Origin: Bdellovibrionales bacterium
Lineage (GTDB): Bacteria > Bdellovibrionota > Bdellovibrionia > Bdellovibrionales > UBA1609
NCBI GenBank assembly: GCA_023301025.1
Contig: JALZUR010000020.1
Span: forward strand, 1,532-65,531
Length of the DNA stretch: 64,000 bases
Reading direction: 5' to 3'
The notes under the pieces were generated by a model. That model saw nothing but the letters and a program-made list of their open reading frames with translations. It did no database searches and was not told the DNA's origin. A program made the position numbers and the translations under genes. This document shows, piece after piece, positions 41,649-50,787 of this stretch (position 1 is the stretch's first letter; each line of letters opens with the position of its first letter).

Positions 41649-42074
41649 TTATCTATCCATAGCCTCAAAAGTTTGTAATAAAGCTTTTGCTACCTCAGAG
41701 CCCTTGTTCCCTTTCTTTCCCCAAATACGGTCATGAACCTGTTTGTGGTTGTTAACAGTAAGAACACCAAACATAACAGGCTTTAAAGTTTCAAGACCTA
41801 CTTTTAAACAGCCTTCAGTGGCAGCTTGGCAAACATAATCATAGTGATCTGTTTCACCCTTGATCACAACGCCGTAGCATAAAACACCATCAGCTTTTTT
41901 ATTTAAAATAAGGTGTTTTGCAACTAATGGCAGTTCAAAGGCCCCCGGCACAAGAACTTTTATGATCTGTTCTTTTTCGTAACCAGCTTTTTGCAGCTCT
42001 TCCATAGCTCCATCTTCTAATGCTTTTGTATAACGTCTATTAAAATCAGCAGAGATTATGGCTATTTTTTTCAT
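41649..42074 (-). CDS. ribH: 6,7-dimethyl-8-ribityllumazine synthase
   Basis: VPGAFELP, IKGETDHYDYV, FGVLT, NKGSE. Confidence 0.96.
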   Translation of the reverse strand: MKKIAIISADFNRRYTKALEDGAMEELQKAGYEKEQIIKVLVPGAFELPLVAKHLILNKKADGVLCYGVVIKGETDHYDYVCQAATEGCLKVGLETLKPVMFGVLTVNNHKQVHDRIWGKKGNKGSEVAKALLQTFEAMDR

Positions 42075-43159
42075 ACTCTGTTCTCTTTAGAGTAAAAACG
42101 TTTGAACGGAAGAGTATCTACTAATGAGACACCAAAAGCTGATAAACCAGAAAGCTCAACTTCAGAGTTTGTTGCAAGTAAGATTTCTTTAATGCCTAAC
42201 TGCGAAAGTATTTGTGCTCCGATCCCGATATCTTTTTGATCTCTTTTGGCTTGCGGGGATGAAAAATAATTTGAGTGCCTTAAAACAACGACAGCACAGG
42301 CATTGTCAAACTCATCGTGTTTTACAAAACTGTTGAGTGCCAAAGAGTTTCTTGAATTAAAAAGATCTTCAGGTCCTCGGTCTACATGAACTCTAACTGG
42401 AACTGGTTTTGTAACATCTAAATTCCCACTTAACATTGCATAGTGTATTTTGTTGTTCACTTTGTCTTTAAAATAGTGAGTTGCAAGCTCTTTACCAGAC
42501 TCCGAAGTGAAAGTTTCAGTGTATAGCTTTTCTAAATAAGTTTCATTGTTTAAGCGATACTCAATAAGCTCTTCAATACTTCCAATTTTTATTCCATGTT
42601 TTTTTGCAAAGGCAACAAGTTCCGGCGCGCGAGCCATTGTTCCATCGTCATTCATAACTTCACAAATGACAGCACTTGGATCAAGTCCTGCAATTTTCAT
42701 TAAATCAACACTACCTTCCGTGTGTCCTGCACGCTCTAGCACACCACCTTGTTTGGCTCGTATTGGAAAAATATGTCCAGGTGTTATGATTGACTGAGTT
42801 GTAGCATTTAAGTCAGAAGCGACTCTTATGGTATGAGCTCTATCAGCTGCAGAAATACCTGTAGTGATACCTTCTCTTGCTTCAATGCTAACGGTAAAAG
42901 CTGTTTTATTTGGAGAGTTATTTTGACTCTCCCCAACCATTAAAGAAAGCCCCAGTTTTTCACACTGCTTTTGAGACATAGCTAAGCACACAAGCCCTCT
43001 TGCCTCTTTAACCATAAAATTGATCTGCTCTGGCTTACAGAACTGGCCTGCTAAAACAAGGTCGCCTTCGTTCTCACGGTCTTCATCATCCACCAATAAA
43101 ACCATTTTTCCATTTTTAATGTCTTCAACAAGATCTTCAATTTTATCAAGCACATTCAC
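42071..43159 (-). CDS. ribB: DHBP synthase fused to a degenerate GTP cyclohydrolase II domain (RibBX type)
   Basis: DDEDRENEGD, TGISAADR, RAGHTE are present. The C-domain has RVHVD instead of RVHSEC and lacks the Zn-binding cysteines. Confidence 0.9.
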   Translation of the reverse strand: MNVLDKIEDLVEDIKNGKMVLLVDDEDRENEGDLVLAGQFCKPEQINFMVKEARGLVCLAMSQKQCEKLGLSLMVGESQNNSPNKTAFTVSIEAREGITTGISAADRAHTIRVASDLNATTQSIITPGHIFPIRAKQGGVLERAGHTEGSVDLMKIAGLDPSAVICEVMNDDGTMARAPELVAFAKKHGIKIGSIEELIEYRLNNETYLEKLYTETFTSESGKELATHYFKDKVNNKIHYAMLSGNLDVTKPVPVRVHVDRGPEDLFNSRNSLALNSFVKHDEFDNACAVVVLRHSNYFSSPQAKRDQKDIGIGAQILSQLGIKEILLATNSEVELSGLSAFGVSLVDTLPFKRFYSKENRV

Positions 43160-43226
43160 CTACTATTTTTACTATTTGCTTTCGTATCTGCATCAATTTA
43201 TTTAATTTAAAACTTTACGTTTATAT

Positions 43227-43838
43227 CTATCGCTTATCTTTATTAATTAGTCCTGCTCGAATAGCACCCTTTGCCATAAAGTCATATTCAATATTAACTT
43301 TGTCACCAGTTTTGAGCGTATTTAAATTTGTTTTCAGAAGAGTTTCAGGTATTAGACAAACTTCAAAAGTATCATCAGACACTTCATTAAGTGTTAGACT
43401 TACACCCCTGACAACAATTGAACCTTTTGACCAAATGTACTCTGGGTGCTTTTTAACCCTAATCTTTATATTTAAACACTCACCCTCAACTTTTTTAACT
43501 TCTAAAACCTCACAGACTTCATCAACATGTCCTGTAACCATATGACCATGAAGTCTAGAACCCATCTTCATAGCACGTTCTAAATGTACAGAGTCTCCTG
43601 CTTTGAGGTTTGAGTGGTTTGTAACTTTTAAAGTTTCTGCCCCTAAATCAAAAGCTAGAGTTTTTGATTTAGAAAAATCATCATTAACCAATGTAAGACA
43701 AGCTCCATTGATACAGATGCTGTGACCTCTTTCTAGATCATCAAAAGCCTCAGGCTTTTTGACTTTAAGCACGGCACCATCATCATTTAAAATAACATCA
43801 AGAACTTCTGCAGTGTCTTCTATTAAACCAGTAAACAT
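43227..43838 (-). CDS. ribE: Riboflavin synthase (alpha chain)
   Basis: MFTGLIE, NGACLT, GHMVTGHVD, GVSLT, VNIEYD. Confidence 0.96.
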   Translation of the reverse strand: MFTGLIEDTAEVLDVILNDDGAVLKVKKPEAFDDLERGHSICINGACLTLVNDDFSKSKTLAFDLGAETLKVTNHSNLKAGDSVHLERAMKMGSRLHGHMVTGHVDEVCEVLEVKKVEGECLNIKIRVKKHPEYIWSKGSIVVRGVSLTLNEVSDDTFEVCLIPETLLKTNLNTLKTGDKVNIEYDFMAKGAIRAGLINKDKR

Positions 43839-43841
43839 ATC

Positions 43842-43994
43842 TTATTTTGAAAAGAATCGACTCAAAGTCACTTGCTGTTGAAATCCAGACCCATAATTTT
43901 GTAAGAAACTGCTCGACTGAGTAGTTTTCACGCTCGCCATAAAGCTAAACATTAGAAAAAAAAATGCTAATATATAATCTTGATTTGGTAACAC
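43842..43994 (-). CDS. Possible 50-aa small protein with hydrophobic N-terminus (not in the track)
   Basis: GAGGT 5 nt before a GTG; MLPNQDYILAFFFLMFSFMASVKTTQSSSFLQNYGSGFQQQVTLSRFFSK; stop lies 3 nt before the ribE ATG. Confidence 0.25.
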   Translation of the reverse strand: MLPNQDYILAFFFLMFSFMASVKTTQSSSFLQNYGSGFQQQVTLSRFFSK

Positions 43995-44032
43995 GTTTGA
44001 CCTCAATTAAAGTAGCTTTAAATAAAGGCATT

Positions 44033-44335
44033 TTTAAACTATATTTGCAATGGGAGCTAGGACACGGGCTTATAATGTAGTGCGTTATATTAGATGGTGA
44101 ATTATCGGACTTGAAAGATCAATCAACGCCCCATTGTGTATAGTGTTGAAGATATTCGCTCTTTTATCTCTCAAGCAGCTGAAAACTCTATTTAATAAAT
44201 TCAGATAAATTTAAAAGTATCTAAACAGAGGGTGTAAATGAGCTTATTTACATTCCAATCTCTAAAAAAGTTAATGTATGAAATAAAGGCTGGTTTCTAT
44301 AAAAGACCAACTAACATTTTATGGCCTTTATCTTA
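44033..44335 (+). ncRNA. Candidate structured non-coding RNA of unrecognised family
   Basis: Multi-branch fold at 44038-44144 plus hairpins at 44230-44255 and 44283-44331. G-U pairs consistently favour the plus strand. TTGACC-N16-TAAATA lies upstream. Confidence 0.45.
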
Positions 44336-44355
44336 AAAAATATATCTCAAAAGTT

Positions 44356-45405
44356 CTATTCTTCTTCTTGTAGTTTTAAAACAAAAGCTTTTGCACCTTC
44401 TTCAATATCTACAAACTGTGTTTCACGAATGACTTTAGCTGAAGCATTGTCCAAACCAAGAGAGACTATTTCAACTACAGCTAAAGGATCTTCTACATTT
44501 TGCCTTGGTCTTTGAAATCTTAGTGGAGATTCACAAGGAATTTTATCACCTTCCCACTCATAGTCCATATTTGATATCCAAAGATAATCTCCAACTTTTA
44601 AACCATGCTTTCTTCCAGCATTTATTAAAACATGACTGTCATTTTCAGCATAAACTCTAGCACTCCAAGGTTCTAAAGCGCCTTCAAACTCTAACTGCTC
44701 AATTTTGCTACCTAAAGAATTGATTGTTGTGCTAAGCGTTTTTTTAGTTACTGATGCAAACTCATCTGGAACGCTCACACTTGGGTTAAAAGTTAAACCA
44801 AATAAATTTAAGTTAAGACCACCGCTAAAATCACTTTTTATACCTTTACGTGAAACTGAAGCACCTGTGTGCGTAAACGTTAAAGGCTCAAAAGCATGAA
44901 GATCTAATGACATCACCATTCTTTCAACACTCACATTTGCACCTGTTATAAGCCCACCTGTAAGTCCACCAAGACCAATGCTAAGTCCACCACTTAGGGT
45001 CATCTCAAAATCTGTAGCAGAACCACTGATCAATGTATCAGGAAGATCTTTTGTACACACTGAAGACGTGGTGTTTGGAGCTAAAACCGAAAAGTTTGTA
45101 TTAAATGTGCCTACCATACTGTTCATTTTGTCAGTAAACGAAACAGGGTTAAATCTATCAACTGAAATAAAATACTCAGAGTTGTTAACTGCTTCAAGAT
45201 ACTGATTGTTAAGCATGCCTTTAAGATCGATTTGAATATTATCATTAACTTTAATCATAGCAGCATCAATACCTAAGAAAGATGCACTTCTTTTTAAATG
45301 TCTACCACTTCTTCTTTCTTCTTCAGTATCACACCCACTGTTTCCCATAAGTATGAAAACAAGTGGCACCAACATGAGAGGCTTTAAAAAATTTTTATGT
45401 AACAT
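44356..45405 (-). CDS. Lipoprotein with CsgG/FlgT-like architecture
   Basis: Lipobox NSG-C, LISGSATDFE plus Gly-rich beta hairpins, C-terminal VLINAGRKHGLKVGD domain. Confidence 0.55.
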   Translation of the reverse strand: MLHKNFLKPLMLVPLVFILMGNSGCDTEEERRSGRHLKRSASFLGIDAAMIKVNDNIQIDLKGMLNNQYLEAVNNSEYFISVDRFNPVSFTDKMNSMVGTFNTNFSVLAPNTTSSVCTKDLPDTLISGSATDFEMTLSGGLSIGLGGLTGGLITGANVSVERMVMSLDLHAFEPLTFTHTGASVSRKGIKSDFSGGLNLNLFGLTFNPSVSVPDEFASVTKKTLSTTINSLGSKIEQLEFEGALEPWSARVYAENDSHVLINAGRKHGLKVGDYLWISNMDYEWEGDKIPCESPLRFQRPRQNVEDPLAVVEIVSLGLDNASAKVIRETQFVDIEEGAKAFVLKLQEEE

Positions 45406-45427
45406 ACACTGCTCCTAGCTTTTAAGC

Positions 45428-45454
45428 CTTTCGGACCAAGGGCTATAAAACTTA
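45428..45454 (-). promoter_or_regulatory. sigma28-like promoter candidate
   Basis: TAAG-N15-TCCGAAAG followed by an AGGAG RBS. Confidence 0.55.
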
Positions 45455-45525
45455 GGGCTCGTCTGTAGAAACTGTATTTAAAAAAGAGTTTGTCAAAAAA
45501 AACTACACTCTTTTAAAACTATGTC

Positions 45526-48054
45526 TCACTTTTTAACTTTAAAACTTAGTGCGATGTCTGTAGCATCTACCACAACAGATTCACCCTCTTTAAATTCTCT
45601 CGAGAGAATCAACTCTGATAAGGGGTTTGAGACCATATTTTGCAAGGCTCTTTTAAGAGGTCTTGCGCCAAAAGAGGTATCACTTCCTTTTTTGATTATA
45701 AACTCTTTTGCCTTTTCAGTAAGAAGCATATCTAAATTCTGAGCACTTAAACGTTTTTTAACCTCTAAAAGCTGTAAATCTAAAATGTTGATTAAATTTG
45801 CTTCGCTTAAGCTTTTAAACTCGATTGCTTCATCAATTCTATTTATAAACTCAGGCTTAAATGTATTTTTAAGGTCTTTGAACTCTAGATTTGAAGTCAT
45901 AACAATTAAGGTGTTTTTAAAGTTAACAGTTCTGCCTTGAGCATCAGTTAAGCGCCCCTCATCAAAAACTTGTAGAAGTAGATTACAAACATCTGAATGA
46001 GCCTTTTCTAGCTCATCTAAAAGCACAATCGAAAATGGAGACCTCTTAACCTTTTCTGTAAGCTGCCCCCCCTCCTCAAAGCCAACATATCCAGGGGGGG
46101 ATCCAATTAGCTTAGCAACAGAGTGTTTCTCCATATACTCGCTCATATCAAGTCGAATGATTTTACTCTCATCATTAAAAATTTGCTCAGACAAAGCCTT
46201 AACTGTTTCTGTTTTACCGACGCCTGTTGGCCCTAAAAACAAAAATACTCCAAGTGGTTTTTTTGGATCAGACAAACCAGCTTTTGATCTTAGCACTGAT
46301 TTAGAAATAGACTCTAGAGCATGATCTTGTCCAATCACTCTTTTTTTAAGCTGAGACTCTAACTTTAAAAATTTATCTTTTTCTGAACCAATTAACTTAG
46401 AAACTGGAACTCCTACCCACCTTGAAATCACTTGAGCTATTTCTTCTTTTGTCACACTTTCATTTAGTAAGGATGTTTTAGACTTTTTAAAGTTTTGTTC
46501 TGATTTTATTTGTGAATTTTTTAACTGTTTTAAAAGTTCAGGAAGATCACCATACTTAAGCTTTGCAGCTTCTTCTAATTGACCTGATTTTTCACAAAAC
46601 TTAATTTTATTTTTAACCTTTTCAACTTTTTCTTTAATATCTTTAACAAAGTTAATCTGTGCTTTTTCTTTTTCCCATTTAATAACAAGTTCATTTTTAA
46701 GCTCATTTTTTTCTAATAAACTTTTGCTTAGATTTTTAATCTTACTAACGTCTTTATCTTCTTCAGACTCTAAAGCTTTTTTCTCTACTTTTAACTTTAA
46801 AATGTCTCTTTGGAGTTCGTCAATTTGAAGAGGGACTGAGTTGATTTCAATATTTAGCTGACTAGCAGCCTCATCAATTAAATCAATAGCTTTATCAGGT
46901 AAAAACCTATGAGTTACATAACGTGAACTAAATTCTACAGCTGCTACCAATGCCTCATCTTTAATGCGAACTCCATGATGAAGCTCATACTTCTCTTTTA
47001 AGCCTCTTAAAATTGCCACACTGTCATCAAAACTAGGCTCCTCAACAAGAGTGCTTTGAAAACGCCTCTCTAAAGCTTTATCTTTTTCAATGTACTTTTG
47101 ATACTCATCAGAAGTTGTTGCACCGATGACTCTTAACCCGCCACGAGAAAGAGCAGGTTTTAAAAGCTGTGCAGCATCCATAGCACCCTCTGATTTTCCA
47201 GCCCCTACTAGTGTATGGAGCTCATCAATAAAAATAATAACCTCACCAGCACTGTCAGTAACTTCATCAACCACAGACTTTAATCGTTCTTCAAATTCAC
47301 CTTTGTATTTAGCACCGGCAACTAAAAGTCCCATATCCAAGCTCATGATTCTTTTGCCAATTAAAGAGTTTGGAACATCTCCATCAGAAATTCTTTTTGC
47401 AAGTCCCTCAACAATTGCTGTTTTTCCAACACCAGGTTCACCAATTAAAACTGGATTGTTTTTAGTTCGTCTGAGTAAAACTTGCACAGCTCTTCTGATT
47501 TCAACGTCTCTGCCAATTACAGGATCTAGTTTATTTTCATTAGCTAAACGTGTTAGATCAATGCAGTATTTATTTAGCGCATTTAAAGTTGATTCTGGAT
47601 TATTTGTGACAATTGATTTTCCATTTCTTTCTTTAAGAATCCATTTTTTTAATTCTTGTTCAGAAATATCAAGACTTGAAAGTATAGAACTGTATTCTTC
47701 TCTGTGACCAAAAAGATGAAATAAAAAGTGTTCTGTTGATACAAAATCATCATTCATATCGCGTGCTTTTAAAGCTGCTGTAGAAAGTAGTCTTTGTAAA
47801 TACACAGCAAAAGACAGCTGTTGTTTTTGTTGTGATTTATTTAACTTATACAGATTATCAATTTTTATTTTAAGAAAACTTTTAAGATCAATTTTTCTTT
47901 CATCAAAAAAATTAAAAAATAAACTCTCTCGTCTTAGCATAAACTCATGAAAAACATGAAATGAAGAGACCTCTGAATGTCCTAGCCTTAAGGCCAACTC
48001 ATGGGCTTTTTGAACAGACTCTAAAACTATTTGAGTAAGGTTGTTTTGATTCAT
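45526..48054 (-). CDS. clpB: ATP-dependent chaperone ClpB
   Basis: Two AAA+ modules (GEPGVGKT, GPTGVGKT), coiled-coil middle domain with AAKLKYG, GARPLKR. Confidence 0.95.
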   Translation of the reverse strand: MNQNNLTQIVLESVQKAHELALRLGHSEVSSFHVFHEFMLRRESLFFNFFDERKIDLKSFLKIKIDNLYKLNKSQQKQQLSFAVYLQRLLSTAALKARDMNDDFVSTEHFLFHLFGHREEYSSILSSLDISEQELKKWILKERNGKSIVTNNPESTLNALNKYCIDLTRLANENKLDPVIGRDVEIRRAVQVLLRRTKNNPVLIGEPGVGKTAIVEGLAKRISDGDVPNSLIGKRIMSLDMGLLVAGAKYKGEFEERLKSVVDEVTDSAGEVIIFIDELHTLVGAGKSEGAMDAAQLLKPALSRGGLRVIGATTSDEYQKYIEKDKALERRFQSTLVEEPSFDDSVAILRGLKEKYELHHGVRIKDEALVAAVEFSSRYVTHRFLPDKAIDLIDEAASQLNIEINSVPLQIDELQRDILKLKVEKKALESEEDKDVSKIKNLSKSLLEKNELKNELVIKWEKEKAQINFVKDIKEKVEKVKNKIKFCEKSGQLEEAAKLKYGDLPELLKQLKNSQIKSEQNFKKSKTSLLNESVTKEEIAQVISRWVGVPVSKLIGSEKDKFLKLESQLKKRVIGQDHALESISKSVLRSKAGLSDPKKPLGVFLFLGPTGVGKTETVKALSEQIFNDESKIIRLDMSEYMEKHSVAKLIGSPPGYVGFEEGGQLTEKVKRSPFSIVLLDELEKAHSDVCNLLLQVFDEGRLTDAQGRTVNFKNTLIVMTSNLEFKDLKNTFKPEFINRIDEAIEFKSLSEANLINILDLQLLEVKKRLSAQNLDMLLTEKAKEFIIKKGSDTSFGARPLKRALQNMVSNPLSELILSREFKEGESVVVDATDIALSFKVKK

Positions 48055-48070
48055 AGAACGCTCCTATTAT

Positions 48071-48100
48071 AAATGTGAGATCACTTATAACTGTGTCAAG
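48071..48100 (-). promoter_or_regulatory. Heat-shock (sigma32-like) promoter candidate for clpB
   Basis: CTTGAC-N15-CTCACATTT versus the consensus CTTGAA-N13-17-CCCCATNT. Confidence 0.4.
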
Positions 48101-48245
48101 TTACTGTTGTGTATCTGTCAAAAATTTATACTCTTTTCCTCAACTTAAAGATGAAACATTAAACTAAAAATTTTAAATGCTCTAAACACTCATCCACAAA
48201 GGACTTTGGTTCGATCAGAACAATAGATACAAAGAGGATGTCCAT

Positions 48246-48965
48246 ATGAAAAAACTTATTTATCTAATAGCACTTACACTTGTTTTGACTGCCTGTGGGG
48301 GACAAAACTCTATAGTAATGCAATCAAGCCTTAATTCTACAAATGAAACACCTTCTGCTTCAGATGATAATAATGACTCGACTCCAACCAACAGCCCAAC
48401 ACTTTCTGATGAGTATGAGTACAGCGCTGTATCTGAACCACTTGCAGTTTTTGGTATGAACCAAGAAAGAAATATTTTTGATTTTGAAGCCGAAACAGAA
48501 CTTTTAAAAATATCTATACCTTTTCCTACACTTGGAATTTTACAAGTTGAAGGTACTGTACCCGACCAAGAAAATATAAGATATTATACAAATTTAGAAA
48601 ACCAATCTCTTACCCTAGAGATATCTTTATCTGAGTATATAAGAATATTGAAAACAAATGAAACCTTACCTGATGGAAGGCCTATTCCTGGCGTTCCAGG
48701 AGGAGAACTTCCACTACATAGTTTTCAGCTTCCAAACACATCTTTAAATATGACTCTATACTTTGGTAAAGATTATTTTGCCGCTTTTATTGAATCTGAC
48801 TTTAACCTGCCTTTTAACTTAACAAAGAATATTTTAAGTTCCGACAGAAGATCTATTGTTGGTGTTTTAGGCTGGGTTGCTGCAAAAGACAGCTACAAAG
48901 GTGGCAGTTTTATTTCTCTAAGACTGCCAAGAGAATTGATTGCCTATATCGCAAACTCTCAGTAA
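48246..48965 (+). CDS. Hypothetical lipoprotein
   Basis: Lipobox LTA-C, S/T/D/N-rich linker, LPDGRPIPGVPGGELP motif. Confidence 0.75.
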   Translation: MKKLIYLIALTLVLTACGGQNSIVMQSSLNSTNETPSASDDNNDSTPTNSPTLSDEYEYSAVSEPLAVFGMNQERNIFDFEAETELLKISIPFPTLGILQVEGTVPDQENIRYYTNLENQSLTLEISLSEYIRILKTNETLPDGRPIPGVPGGELPLHSFQLPNTSLNMTLYFGKDYFAAFIESDFNLPFNLTKNILSSDRRSIVGVLGWVAAKDSYKGGSFISLRLPRELIAYIANSQ

Positions 48966-49058
48966 TTGTACCCTTAATTAAGTTTAATAAACTTAAGCTT
49001 GCTCCAATACTAATTAGTCTTCATTATATAAGAGGATAATTAAAATGGAGCAGTTTTC

Positions 49059-49823
49059 ATGAGTAAAAAAAAATCAAGTACTAAAAAAACTAATAAAAAA
49101 AAAGCTGTGAAAAAAACAGCAACTAAGAAAGCCACAAAAAAAGCTAGTAAAAAGAAAGTGACAAAAAAAGCTTCTGCTCGTAGCGCCAAAAAAAAGGTTA
49201 GTAAGAAAACTAAAAAAAAGACTTCTAAAAAAGTAGCTAAAAAGAAGATTTCTAAAAAAACAGCCAAAAAGAAGACTTCTAAAAAAGTAGCTAAAAAGAA
49301 GACTGTAAAAAAGAATACGGTTAACAAAAAAAAGAAAGTTTTAAAGAAATCAACTAAAAAGAAAACTGCTAAGAAAACACCTGCGCGCAAGTCTAAAAAA
49401 ACTACGAATAAAGCTCCAAAAAAGATAAGTGCAAAAGAAAGAGCTTTTAAAGAAAAGCGAGCTAAAGAGCTAGTTGCAGATATTAAAAACTCAAAACTAA
49501 AAAAGAACAAAAGTATTGAAAAAGAGATTAAGCCTGAGACAAAACCTCAAACACCCAATTTAGAGGATTTACTCTCTAGAAAAAAACATATAACTTCTAT
49601 AAACCCTTTTGTAGTCAGTAAAAAGCAGGTTAAAACTCAAGTTGCTGGTCATGACAGCGAAGAGAGTCGTGAGCTTTTTATGGATGGGCTACTAGAAGAT
49701 TCAAACACTGATGAAAATATTCTTGATATCGAATCTGAAGATGAACAAGAAGAAGAGCTTTACGAAAGTATGGACTCTTTAATTGATGAAGAAGATGATC
49801 AAGATGACGAAAACTACTTCTAG
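49059..49823 (+). CDS. Histone H1-like Lys-rich protein with acidic C-terminal tail
   Basis: GGAG RBS; the first ~120 aa are about half Lys; the last ~50 aa are D/E-rich. Confidence 0.75.
   Translation: MSKKKSSTKKTNKKKAVKKTATKKATKKASKKKVTKKASARSAKKKVSKKTKKKTSKKVAKKKISKKTAKKKTSKKVAKKKTVKKNTVNKKKKVLKKSTKKKTAKKTPARKSKKTTNKAPKKISAKERAFKEKRAKELVADIKNSKLKKNKSIEKEIKPETKPQTPNLEDLLSRKKHITSINPFVVSKKQVKTQVAGHDSEESRELFMDGLLEDSNTDENILDIESEDEQEEELYESMDSLIDEEDDQDDENYF
49218..49302 (+). repeat. 27/54-bp periodic repeat encoding KKKxSKKxA
   Basis: AAGACTTCTAAAAAAGTAGCTAAAAAGAAGA occurs at 49218 and 49272 (54-nt period). Confidence 0.85.
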
Positions 49824-49910
49824 AACATAGTCTCGGGTAAAAAAGCTTTTACAAAGACTAAATTTATTTTAGGACTAACTTACTTAAGTATCTGGTTATC
49901 TAAAATCGAA

Positions 49911-50240
49911 CTATTCAGATTTAAGAACTTTTTTAGCTATGTATTTTACTAAGTACTCATTCTTTCCATTTTTCTTCTCGTATTTGTAAGAAGCTACGTC
50001 GGCCTCTACAAGAACACCTTGGCCCTTCTTTAGAAGACTGCACTCATCAGCTAAAGCGTTTACAGCCAGAACTTCACATGAATTAGGAGAAGCATTAACC
50101 CCACTAAAATTACTGTCCTGATGCTTATTTCTATCAACAGCTACTCTTAAAACCGCATATTCATCATTGCAGTCTTTGAGCTGATCAGATGTACAATTTT
50201 CACCGACAAAACCATCAATTAATGTGCTAAACATTGCCAT
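49911..50240 (-). CDS. Divergent SSB/OB-fold protein without acidic tail
   Basis: GAGGTG RBS before the ATG at 50240. The pattern LIDGFVG..LRVAVDR..LADECSLLKKGQGVLVEA..YEKKNG..Y..IAKKV parallels SSB. Confidence 0.6.
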   Translation of the reverse strand: MAMFSTLIDGFVGENCTSDQLKDCNDEYAVLRVAVDRNKHQDSNFSGVNASPNSCEVLAVNALADECSLLKKGQGVLVEADVASYKYEKKNGKNEYLVKYIAKKVLKSE

Positions 50241-50508
50241 AATACACCTCATTACCTTAAGTTACTGATCAGAAATTAAAAATTAAATTTCATGATCAAA
50301 TTCTTAAAAAGAGATAAACCAATAACAAGTCATTGAATAAGCCTATATTGATGATTTCTACCTGAATATTATTTTTTTATAAGACACAAAAATTTGTCAA
50401 ATCTGCATATTTTTTTATTTTAAGGTAGAAAGTATCATATACGCTGAAAAATATACAATTAAGTGTTGGCGCATAGCTTTTAACCAAACTATTGCTAGAT
50501 AAGGTGAT

Positions 50509-50787
50509 ATGACTGTAAGAGAGATTTTAAAGCTAAATATGTCTAATCAAAAGATGAGTATTAAAAAGCTTGCCGTTGATGCAAACATACCTTACTCAAC
50601 TCTTCAGAGGTACTTCTCAGGTGAAACAGACCTTACTAGTGATAGATTTATTGCTCTGCTTGATAACTTTAATATAGATCTTTCAACATATATCCACTCT
50701 TGTATTTCTGAGAAAAAAAATGAGAGCTACCCAAAATATATTTCTAAAAGCTTATCTAAAATATTTGGAGATACTGGTGGAATCTGA
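50509..50787 (+). CDS. XRE/Cro-C1-type helix-turn-helix protein
   Basis: MSIKKLAVDANIPYSTLQRYFSGE; AGGTG RBS. Confidence 0.8.
   Translation: MTVREILKLNMSNQKMSIKKLAVDANIPYSTLQRYFSGETDLTSDRFIALLDNFNIDLSTYIHSCISEKKNESYPKYISKSLSKIFGDTGGI

Noticed and set aside
44051-44133. tRNA-like element (GGG...CCCCA with several hairpins)
   Set aside because: No TTCRA T-loop, no 7-nt anticodon loop and no clean 7-bp acceptor stem. Kept only as part of the unknown RNA candidate.
43839-44355. FMN riboswitch upstream of the rib genes
   Set aside because: Only scattered fragments (AGCCCG, TCTGGAT) about 185 nt apart on the minus strand. The GGGCAGGGTGAAATTCCC core is absent and the stems favour the opposite strand.
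48067-48090. CRP or CIRCE site upstream of clpB (TGTGA-GA-TCACT)
   Set aside because: Half-site spacing is 2 rather than 6, and there is no TTAGCACTC-N9-GAGTGCTAA.
7004-49823. Lys-rich proteins as true histone-fold proteins
   Set aside because: No histone-fold helix pattern is recognisable; the similarity to H1 is compositional only.
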